Below are positions 1 to 7,107 of a stretch of DNA of 27,643 bases, in pieces. The notes under the pieces are model-generated. The model searched no databases and had not been told where the DNA came from. It worked only from the letters and a program-made list of their open reading frames with translations. Made by a program: the position numbers and the translations under genes. Source of the DNA: a virus (taxonomy: Duplodnaviria > Caudoviricetes); IMG/VR virus record IMGVR_UViG_3300008255_000393, positions 1 through 27,643 of that record. One strand, given 5' to 3'. Within the stretch, counting starts at the first letter, position 1. The number at the start of each line of letters is the position of its first letter.

Positions 1-70
1 AGTTGGATAGAACTTCTTGAAGTAATTCCTCTTTTACTTTTTTAGTCCTTTTTCTCTGGCATACCCTATA

Positions 71-181
71 CTACTCGTTATATGCATCGTTAATTACTTT
101 CCGGACATCTTGTCCGGTACACTCATAATTTTTCGATACATATTTTACAAAGGTTTCCACATCTGGATGCGTATACCACAT
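71..181 (-). CDS. small hypothetical protein (36 aa, MWYTHPDVETFVKYVSKNYECTGQDVRKVINDAYNE)
   Basis: Manual translation. Strong AGGAGG RBS follows the stop of the upstream gene. Below the ORF-track cutoff. The frame stays open past the TAG to the window edge. Confidence 0.55.
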   Translation of the reverse strand: MWYTHPDVETFVKYVSKNYECTGQDVRKVINDAYNE

Positions 182-193
182 TTTTCGTCCTCC

Positions 194-484
194 TTATGAA
201 ATATAGTAGTGGACACGGGTACGGTCAGTATTCTTAAACCGTTCCTCATACTCATCATTGGGATCATTAATTCCAGGGATCTTATATTCTGAATGGGCTT
301 TTTGCAGATCATTCAAAGAAAGGTATCCAAACCCGTTATAGTTCCCGGTTTCATGCAGGATATTTTCTATGAACAGCATAATCCCTTGCCTATAGCCGAT
401 ACTATCATCCGTAGAATTCAGGATCATATTGTTGGCCATTTCTACCAGTTTCTTTACTTCTGTCGTTTTTCTTGACTTTGCCAT
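194..484 (-). CDS. hypothetical early phage protein (96 aa)
   Basis: ORF with GGAGGT RBS inside a repeated leader cassette, downstream of a sigma70-like promoter. Confidence 0.8.
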   Translation of the reverse strand: MAKSRKTTEVKKLVEMANNMILNSTDDSIGYRQGIMLFIENILHETGNYNGFGYLSLNDLQKAHSEYKIPGINDPNDEYEERFKNTDRTRVHYYIS

Positions 485-522
485 TTTTCTACCTCCTACA
501 GTAGTTTTTGGGTTTTTACTTC
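481..522 (-). repeat. leader/RBS cassette type A, copy 1
   Basis: Minus strand gaagtaaaaacccaaaaactactgtaggaggtagaaaaatgg, essentially identical to 1605-1645. Confidence 0.9.
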
Positions 523-551
523 ATGGAACATCTTATTAGATAACATAAAAT

Positions 552-580
552 AAAATAACAATTAATATTTATTATGTCAA
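552..580 (-). promoter_or_regulatory. sigma70-type promoter flanked by a 14-bp inverted repeat
   Basis: Minus strand TTGACA (580-575), 17 nt, TATTTT (557-552) with TG extension. Inverted-repeat arms taacataaaataaa 541-554 and tttattttatgtta 581-594. Confidence 0.6.
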
Positions 581-600
581 TTTATTTTATGTTATTCAAT

Positions 601-638
601 AAGGAAGGGGGTCCATAATAAGCAACCCCCTTTTCTTT
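601..638 (-). terminator. putative intrinsic terminator hairpin
   Basis: aagggggt...accccctt stem immediately after the stop of 644..841 and just before the 552-580 promoter. Confidence 0.5.
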
Positions 639-643
639 GAAAT

Positions 644-841
644 CTAATACAGATGATTATATCCGTATTCTCGATTAATTCCTTTTACCCTTTCAAGAAT
701 ATCTCCCGCATCTCCTTCCATCAATTCTACCCCGCCTAATACAAGACAATAGAATTGATTGGAGATAGTCCAGACTTCCATTAGAATATCTCCTCCACAC
801 TCATTAAAATGATCTACTTGTTCTTTCAATTCATCTTCCAT
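644..841 (-). CDS. hypothetical protein (65 aa)
   Basis: ORF with AGGAG RBS, tightly packed with its neighbours. Confidence 0.75.
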   Translation of the reverse strand: MEDELKEQVDHFNECGGDILMEVWTISNQFYCLVLGGVELMEGDAGDILERVKGINREYGYNHLY

Positions 842-850
842 TTTATTCTC

Positions 851-1096
851 CTAATATTCATTTTCCAGATGTCTACAATATCCCTCGGCAAAAAGCTCGT
901 AAACACTTTTCTGTTCTTCCAAACTCCCATTTATTTCCGGAAGCGGGATAAAGTAGTAAAGATCACCACACCTTATTTGATGTAATGCAGGTTCTTTCTC
1001 CAGCAATACTTCCGGTCCCCTATCGTAGGTCCCATAAAAGTATCCAAAGATGAAAAACAAAACAATGCCCAAAATAGCAACCCCCTTTTTTACCAT
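851..1096 (-). CDS. hypothetical membrane-anchored protein
   Basis: N-terminal hydrophobic segment VAILGIVLFFIFGYFYG. AGGAG at 1104-1108 favours the ATG at 1096 over 1114. Confidence 0.7.
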   Translation of the reverse strand: MVKKGVAILGIVLFFIFGYFYGTYDRGPEVLLEKEPALHQIRCGDLYYFIPLPEINGSLEEQKSVYELFAEGYCRHLENEY

Positions 1097-1106
1097 TTTC
1101 ATTCTC

Positions 1107-1286
1107 CTATTCATTCATGCTTTTCAATTTTTCGACGGTTGCAAAGTACTCGTTAACCTCTTTTATCATCTGGTGACCCCAATCTGATAAATCATGTCCA
1201 TACCAATTTAGGCAATCGGCAATATGTATCATCGAATTGTGGTCCCTTTGTTCCTCTACTTTCCAAGTATCCATTTTCATTCCCAT
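1107..1286 (-). CDS. hypothetical protein (~59 aa; start uncertain)
   Basis: The track ORF 1107..1415 overlaps the upstream gene by 128 nt. An in-frame ATG at 1286 lies just after the upstream stop at 1288. Confidence 0.6.
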   Translation of the reverse strand: MGMKMDTWKVEEQRDHNSMIHIADCLNWYGHDLSDWGHQMIKEVNEYFATVEKLKSMNE

Positions 1287-1287
1287 T

Positions 1288-1608
1288 TTACATGTAACCC
1301 GACATTGACCAGCCACAGATAACACAATCGAATCCAAAGCTTCCAGATTCGACATTTCCATCAGACTCTCCATGGTGCCCATGCTCTTCACATCGGCATT
1401 CCAATTGTTTACCAATTTCGATTCTATCCATCCAACTATCTTCCCTATCCATCCAATGCTTATACATTTTATCAGCCAGTCTTTTTGCTATAAAATGACC
1501 TGACATGGATGCCAATTGTTCTGGATTCATTGTCTCAATTATGGAAAATATCTGCCACAATTGGGAATAGTCCATAGCCTTTTCAAATGGTGTTAATTTT
1601 CTTTCCAT
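1288..1608 (-). CDS. hypothetical protein with C-terminal Cys motifs (possible Zn ribbon)
   Basis: GGAGGT RBS in the repeated leader cassette; CRC...CVIC. Confidence 0.75.
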   Translation of the reverse strand: MERKLTPFEKAMDYSQLWQIFSIIETMNPEQLASMSGHFIAKRLADKMYKHWMDREDSWMDRIEIGKQLECRCEEHGHHGESDGNVESGSFGFDCVICGWSMSGYM

Positions 1609-1645
1609 TTTCTACCTCCTACAGTAGTTTTTGGGTTTTTACTTC
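1605..1645 (-). repeat. leader/RBS cassette type A, copy 2
   Basis: Identical to 481-522 apart from one A in the spacer before the ATG. A diverged third copy lies at 2595-2630. Confidence 0.9.
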
Positions 1646-1659
1646 TTGACATAAATACA

Positions 1660-1710
1660 ATTGAGCAAACTAGGAGACATGGACTTTCCATGTCCCCCGA
1701 TTCAATCAAT
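1660..1710 (-). promoter_or_regulatory. conserved intergenic RNA hairpin, copy 1
   Basis: 24-position stem with G-U pairs on the minus strand and two internal mismatches; abuts the stop codon at 1710-1712. Confidence 0.75.
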
Positions 1711-2597
1711 TATACTGCCAGCAGTTCAAAGGCTTCCGCAGCCTTCCTGCTTTTTATGGATTCCGTACTCGGGTTTTTCACCGAATCCGTTATCCACTGG
1801 GTTACACTATTGTAGGCAATCCAAAGATCCGCTTTTTTATCTTTGAATCTATCTTCCAATGTTCCTTTAAATCCCCTCAGAGTTGCTTTTACAAGCTCCT
1901 CTTCCTGCTTTTCGGAGATCTTAAGGACTTTCAAAGTCTCCTCAAATTGTTCGGGAGTAATCTGGACTTTGTTCCAGCCCTCCCACAATCCTATGGTTTC
2001 AGTGAAGGACCCCATATTACTCATTGTAGTTTCAAGGCATTCCTGAAGATTCAAAGTACCCTTCAGATGTAATTTTTTCACACTCTCCTGGTTAGGGAAT
2101 CGCTTGTCAGGCACAGTCAATCCGTTGGTACATACAAGCCTTTCCACTTTGAATTCTGATAAGAAGCGCAGGGAAAGATCCACGCTATTAATGTTTCGCA
2201 GAACAGGGACTAGAATATCCCCGTTTACGGTCAATTCCGCATCCTTCCATTTTACGTCATTAAACATCCTGGAATTCCCAGCCCCGGAGAATTTCAAGTT
2301 TATTATGGGCTTTCCAAAAGAGGACATATAGGATTGAATTCCTTCCAGGAGGGCGCCAACTGCCTCATAATGTTGAACTAAGGAATACTGCTCGGAGACT
2401 TCCTTAATTGCTTCCCAATTCTCCCCGCCGTCCATTGAAGACATTGTATAAAAGCGTCCCGGGACTTCCTGGTATTTATTCGGTGCAATCTGTACCCTAG
2501 TCGGACACAATCCGAATTCTGGCATATCGTTCAAGCCGTTAATCTTAATACCCAGATCATTCGCCATTTCCATTACCTGCTTTTTGTTTTCTAACAT
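1710..2597 (-). CDS. DUF932/DUF945-like phage/plasmid protein (295 aa)
   Basis: Motifs VSEQYSLVQH, ERLVCTNGL and LWIAYNSVTQW are typical of DUF932. GGGAGGT RBS precedes the ATG at 2597; the track start at 2660 lies inside the hairpin. Confidence 0.75.
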   Translation of the reverse strand: MLENKKQVMEMANDLGIKINGLNDMPEFGLCPTRVQIAPNKYQEVPGRFYTMSSMDGGENWEAIKEVSEQYSLVQHYEAVGALLEGIQSYMSSFGKPIINLKFSGAGNSRMFNDVKWKDAELTVNGDILVPVLRNINSVDLSLRFLSEFKVERLVCTNGLTVPDKRFPNQESVKKLHLKGTLNLQECLETTMSNMGSFTETIGLWEGWNKVQITPEQFEETLKVLKISEKQEEELVKATLRGFKGTLEDRFKDKKADLWIAYNSVTQWITDSVKNPSTESIKSRKAAEAFELLAV

Positions 2598-2636
2598 TAT
2601 CCTACCTCCCAGTAGAAAAGGGTTTTTCTGCTCGTT

Positions 2637-2692
2637 ATTGAACAGATTAGGGAATACCAATTTACAATCTGATATTCCCCGATCCAGTCAAT
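2637..2692 (-). promoter_or_regulatory. conserved intergenic RNA hairpin, copy 2
   Basis: Same pairing register and mismatch positions as copy 1, with compensatory changes and a larger loop. Confidence 0.7.
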
Positions 2693-2748
2693 TACTTTTC
2701 CCGAGATGGATCATTCCGTGCATCTTCCAACAATTCAACTCTTTTCAT
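2692..2748 (-). CDS. putative 18-aa peptide MKRVELLEDARNDPSREK
   Basis: ATGA overlap with the upstream stop, GGAGG RBS, and a stop codon abutting hairpin copy 2 as in the other genes. Confidence 0.45.
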   Translation of the reverse strand: MKRVELLEDARNDPSREK

Positions 2749-2930
2749 AATCCCCTCCGATTATACTTTGCCAACCTTTTATTTATTCTCGGGTTATAGT
2801 GTACATCCCCCACAGTACAGGAAATTATTTCAAAGCTCCTGTACCAATTCCATTTTTTAATCATGGAACAGGTTTGATTTGAAATAACCCAAAACCAAAC
2901 TGCCTCATTATATTTTTCTATATTCCCCAT
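2745..2930 (-). CDS. hypothetical protein (61 aa)
   Basis: GGGGAG RBS; packed between small ORFs. Confidence 0.65.
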   Translation of the reverse strand: MGNIEKYNEAVWFWVISNQTCSMIKKWNWYRSFEIISCTVGDVHYNPRINKRLAKYNRRGL

Positions 2931-2940
2931 TTTCTCCCCG

Positions 2941-3033
2941 TTATTTTAAAAGACCGACATTAGCCATAAACCCCAAAAATCCCCACACCATTGGGCCAAA
3001 AAACAATATTGCCATGAATAATTTACCAATCAT
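2941..3033 (-). CDS. putative 30-aa hydrophobic membrane peptide MIGKLFMAILFFGPMVWGFLGFMANVGLLK
   Basis: Manual translation; preceded by the type B leader cassette with AAAGGAG. Confidence 0.6.
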   Translation of the reverse strand: MIGKLFMAILFFGPMVWGFLGFMANVGLLK

Positions 3034-3070
3034 AATCCTCTCCTTTGAATTGATTTTTTGCCGTAAATAC

Positions 3071-3128
3071 AATTAACAGACTAGGGCGAATATATCCCAT
3101 AAATATTATTCGCCCCGGTCTGGCAATT
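3071..3128 (-). promoter_or_regulatory. conserved intergenic RNA hairpin, copy 3
   Basis: Same register and mismatches; several G-U positions of copies 1 and 2 are Watson-Crick here. Confidence 0.7.
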
Positions 3129-3130
3129 TT

Positions 3131-3370
3131 TTAATACTCCCACGCCTCATACCGAATGCAATCTATATCGTGAATTATATTTACAATTAATTCCTGCCCG
3201 TCTTCCGTGACATAACACGGACCGGCATGTCTAGGCGCTCCGCAATGAGTACAGGCAGACTTTATAATCCTACCATAGGCGATTCCAGACAAGGCTCGTC
3301 TGGAATAAGCCTCATTAATCATTGACACCAGCTCAGGACGCTCGCCAAATAATTTTTCCTTTCTTGCCAT
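3131..3370 (-). CDS. hypothetical protein with CxxC-x4-H-x3-C motif (79 aa)
   Basis: CTHCGAPRHAGPC. RBS spacing favours the ATG at 3370. Confidence 0.7.
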   Translation of the reverse strand: MARKEKLFGERPELVSMINEAYSRRALSGIAYGRIIKSACTHCGAPRHAGPCYVTEDGQELIVNIIHDIDCIRYEAWEY

Positions 3371-3378
3371 GATAATCA

Positions 3379-3400
3379 TCTCCTTTGAATTGATTTTTTG
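3379..3400 (-). repeat. leader/RBS cassette type B (caaaaaatcaattcaaaggaga); other copies at 3039-3060 and partial 3984-4000
   Basis: Exact repeat of tctcctttgaattgatt in three intergenic positions, each just before an ATG. Confidence 0.9.
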
Positions 3401-3418
3401 ATTTTTGACTACTTAAAC

Positions 3419-3477
3419 AATTAATAAGCAAATTAGGAGGCATGGACTTCCCATGCCCCCCGATTCAATTATTAATT
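3419..3477 (-). promoter_or_regulatory. conserved intergenic RNA hairpin, copy 4
   Basis: Closest to copy 1 in sequence; overlaps the stop at 3472-3474. Confidence 0.75.
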
Positions 3478-3978
3478 ATTGTTAGGATCGGCTTCCGATC
3501 CTATAACAAAGAACAATTTTTCCTTTGTTACTCCGAAAACCTCTGGTCTTTTCTTTACCAGGTCGTAATAAGTATTGCCCAGCAATTCTTTGATATCCGC
3601 CATTTTCATGGCGGTATCCGATAAAATCATTTTCACTTTCCAGTTATTCGAACCCACTATAAATCCGAATTCATCTCTTTCCTTTTTTCCTTTCTGATTT
3701 TTCTGATTTTTCCTTTCCTCTTCCGCTTTCATTTTCAAATCTTCGGAGGTTAATGTCTGGCAAATATCTTTTAGGATTCCAGAACAATTTTTGCAGGATA
3801 CATCGTTTTTATTCCAGCAATTAAAATGGTCGCACCCACCCTTTTCATTCAATTTATTTATCATTTTCTCCCTGGCGTTCAACGCTTGGTTTTTCGACCC
3901 TTCATCTTCGCATGAATTCCAAGATTGATAAGAGGAAAAAATCTTTTTCATTATTTCATTTTCTCTTTTCGTTAACAT
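3472..3978 (-). CDS. hypothetical Lys-rich, Cys-containing protein (168 aa); first gene of the leftward operon
   Basis: AAAGGAG RBS (type B cassette) before the ATG at 3978; CDHFNC...CKNC...C. Confidence 0.75.
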   Translation of the reverse strand: MLTKRENEIMKKIFSSYQSWNSCEDEGSKNQALNAREKMINKLNEKGGCDHFNCWNKNDVSCKNCSGILKDICQTLTSEDLKMKAEEERKNQKNQKGKKERDEFGFIVGSNNWKVKMILSDTAMKMADIKELLGNTYYDLVKKRPEVFGVTKEKLFFVIGSEADPNNN

Positions 3979-5581
3979 AATAATCTCCTTTGAATTGATT
4001 GATAAACAACAAATAAACAATGATTTAAACAACATTACTTTTTTTTGTGCTAACTATAGCAAAGAAAGAAAAATAGCGAATAACAAGCAATACAGAGTTA
4101 TTTTCAGCTATAAAAATAATCTTTTCTTCGCTACGATTAAAACAAAAAACAAAGAACAAAAAACAAAGACAATAACGAAAAAATCCCTAGTTAAAATCCT
4201 AGTTTATGTGATTTAAAAAATCACAATAATTCACAAACGAATTTAAAGGATTCGATTTTTTCTTGTCTTGATATAAATCTACTGTTCAATTCTTTCCTAC
4301 GTTTACCGAACCTCATGCCCGGCGAATATCAGCCATTGATAAGTAACATTAAGACTTTAATCCCGCTTCCTCATAAAAAGCTTATTGGCAGCAAAAAGAA
4401 TTCTTTTCTTGTCTTTCTTTTATTGTCTTTCTTTTATCTGTTCACGCTATTGGAATTGTTTTCTTTTTTATCAATAGTATTCGAAAAAAATCTACTTTCG
4501 ATTTATATTTATGGGACACCCTCCTTTATATACAGGCATAAATTCTCCCATGGAATCATAGTGGCAGAAAATTTATAAGACTACTAAAAAGAAAAAATAT
4601 TCTTTCTTTCTTTGTACTTATAAATTTAGTTATCAAAGATCAGGCTTTTAAAGTCTTACTAGAGCGAATCTAGAATTGACTGTTCAGTGATTTTTTCCTC
4701 CTCTATAAAGTTAATCTGAAAAGCTAAAAACTAAAAAGCTTTGTTTTGTTGCTGCGGTTGCTAAAAAGCATATGTAACTACTTATATATATAGTAGCGTG
4801 GTTTATGTAAAGCTTTTTTTAATCTTTTTTATTCTTTATTACTTTATTTTATTTAAATCATAGATAACTATATGATATCACGTGATAAAATAATTTAAAT
4901 TATTTATTAATTGTTTTTAATCTTTTAACTAAATAGTAAACTATATACTAACAATATATTGAAGTATCCAGACAACAAAAAATAAATCTTATTCTACAAT
5001 AAGACAATGAAATATCAATATGAATAAAAACAAATAGTTAAGCGTCGTATAATAATAATACAATTAACAAGGTGTTGAAGTATTATATAGCGAATAGGAC
5101 AAGAAAATATAATAAATTCTCCTGTTCCAATAGGAATTATCAAGAAAAATAAAAGGAAAGGAAAAAATATTTATTTCAGAACAAAAAAATAATAAAAAGG
5201 GCAAAAAATAAATAAAAAGGTAAAAGAGAATAGGAATTGCATATTGCAATAACCATACTATGCAATCCTATTGATAATAAGATTAAAAAAGATTAATCCA
5301 TGAAACATCGTGTGAAACTTAGCCCATAACCTATTGATAATTAAAAGAAAAAACAGGGATTCAACGGACAGAAGTTTTGCATATGATTATACTCCTATCG
5401 CAAAAAATCAAACCAGCGCGCTCCTGGACCTTTTTAAAGCATAGTGTGAATTTATACATACTAAAGAAAAAATATTATTCAAAAAATATATAGGTAACCT
5501 AAATAATATTTATAAGGGTTATTTTTCTGAAAATACCTATATTGATAACTGTTATTGTATAGTATTCAATATTGATAAATA

Positions 5582-5787
5582 TTTTTTCTCATGGGATAGG
5601 GAGAATTGTTATTAGTTATGGGTAATTATTAATTGATATTAATTCTTGGTAGTGGGCAATCCTTAAATAATAATTGCTATTGGTAATTGATAATTCTTTT
5701 TCTCATGGGATAGGGAAAATTATTATTGGTTATGGGTAATTATTATTGGTTATGGGTAATTATTATTTTCATTGGGTAATTATTATT
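5582..5787. repeat. direct and tandem repeat cluster in the AT-rich intergenic region
   Basis: ~49-nt duplication (5583-5631 vs 5697-5745) and ~3.5 tandem copies of the 20-mer aattattattggttatgggt (5718-5787). Confidence 0.85.
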
Positions 5788-6025
5788 CCTTTTTGATTTT
5801 CCAGATTCCAAGATTGAGAATTGGTATCAATAAACTTTTTCTGGTCCCCTTTTCCCAGAACAGAGGGGTGCTCGTATTCCCCAGTATTCATTTTTATGGT
5901 CCAATGTATTAATATATCATCTCCTCCGTATTCATTTTTGGAATTATTCTTAATATGTATTTCTAAATTTTTTTAGAAAATATTTTTAGACATTACCAAC
6001 GTAGTACGTTTATAAATTTTTTATC

Positions 6026-6053
6026 TTGACAATGGAAATAACTATGTTATAAG
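6026..6053 (+). promoter_or_regulatory. sigma70-type promoter for the rightward operon
   Basis: TTGACA (6026-6031), 16 nt, TG-n-TATAAG (6048-6053). Confidence 0.55.
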
Positions 6054-6112
6054 TACAGAAATACCAAAATACTTTTTTAGAATTAGAAACAAGAAATACT
6101 TTTTAGACTATC

Positions 6113-6406
6113 ATGACGACAAGTAAAAATAATTCAGCCCTTAGATTCAGTGTTAGAATTTCTGGTACTGTAACATCTTTATCATTACGAAGAAATATTG
6201 TTGCTCTCTGGTTATCTCTTTCTTTTGATAAAATAGATAAAATAGATTTGCAGGGAAAGGTTAGTAATTTTATTTATGCCAATTTATCGGATTGGAAGAA
6301 TAATACTGGGAAGGGATTTTCAGATTTTATTTCTGAGAAAATGATAGAGGATATTCTTGAGGGAGATGATTTTAATAAATATAGAAAGATTCTTACAAGA
6401 ATCTGA
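6113..6406 (+). CDS. putative ribbon-helix-helix DNA-binding protein (97 aa)
   Basis: RFSVRISGTVTSLSL resembles the RHH_4 N-terminal pattern RSxxIxGxxTSxSL. No clear RBS. Confidence 0.5.
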   Translation: MTTSKNNSALRFSVRISGTVTSLSLRRNIVALWLSLSFDKIDKIDLQGKVSNFIYANLSDWKNNTGKGFSDFISEKMIEDILEGDDFNKYRKILTRI

Positions 6407-6477
6407 TTCTGTATTTCAAATAACTGAAATTGACAGTATATTGTGTTCTTTTTATTCAAATATAATTTTTTAATGCT

Positions 6478-7107
6478 ATGACTCGCAAGCTGAAGAAAAA
6501 ATTTAAACCTACACATACACGACGAAAATCAGAAGTGGATATTGATTCTCCTCCTAAAATAATCAAAAGATTTATAAAGCAGAAGTGTGCCTTTATTTAT
6601 GCTTGTGGCACTCAATGTACGAAAAATGCTGTAGGAAAAAGTACTCTTTGTAAAAAACATGGAGGGGATCCTATTATAAAAGAGAATCTTATTAAGCCGG
6701 AAGAAATGTCTTTGGTGGGAATACTGGAGAAATATGATGCTGAAAGGCATCCTACTCTTTTTATAGATCTTTCAAGGCAGGGATTGTCTGAGGTAGAAAT
6801 TGCAGCAGAATTTGAAGTAGGAGTTGGAACACTTAGAGGATGGGCAGAAAAATTTGAAATGTTTTCCGTTGCTTTTGAAATAGGAAAGGCATTACATGAA
6901 TCTTGGTGGCTTCAACAAGGAAAATCAGGATTGAATAATAGAGGTTTTAATACTTCTCTGTTTAAATTTTTGACTTCTAATAAACTTGGATATTCTGATA
7001 AAATGGAAACAAAGAATATGAATATGAGTGTTCATGGAGTTCTTGTAATTCCTGATAAAGTGACTGAGGAAGAATGGGAAAAGGAGATTATCGATGTTGA
7101 TTCCTAA
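6478..7107 (+). CDS. terS: terminase small subunit
   Basis: C..C..CKKHGG motif, HTH segment (GLSEVEIAAEFEVGVGTLRGW), and position upstream of terL. Confidence 0.8.
   Translation: MTRKLKKKFKPTHTRRKSEVDIDSPPKIIKRFIKQKCAFIYACGTQCTKNAVGKSTLCKKHGGDPIIKENLIKPEEMSLVGILEKYDAERHPTLFIDLSRQGLSEVEIAAEFEVGVGTLRGWAEKFEMFSVAFEIGKALHESWWLQQGKSGLNNRGFNTSLFKFLTSNKLGYSDKMETKNMNMSVHGVLVIPDKVTEEEWEKEIIDVDS

Noticed and set aside
1660-3477. Intergenic hairpins as integron attC sites
   Set aside because: No consistent RYYYAAC/GTTRRRY ends, defects are mismatches rather than extrahelical bases, and no integrase is present in the window.
4207-4225. CRP-like site TGTGA...TCACA
   Set aside because: The spacer is 9 nt rather than 6; kept only as a generic palindrome.
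4874-4889. parS site around tcacgtga
   Set aside because: Only about 11/16 matches to TGTTTCACGTGAAACA, and no par genes in the window.
4315-5249. ORFs 4315..4578 (+) and 5064..5249 (-), and likewise 3995..4216 (+)
   Set aside because: Low-complexity Phe/Leu/Lys translations of AT-rich tracts with no convincing RBS.
5582-5787. CRISPR array
   Set aside because: Repeats are contiguous 20-mers without unique spacers; no cas genes.
6430-6466. Promoter directly upstream of terS
   Set aside because: TTGACA and TATAAT are 25 nt apart, and the hexamer at 17-nt spacing is poor.
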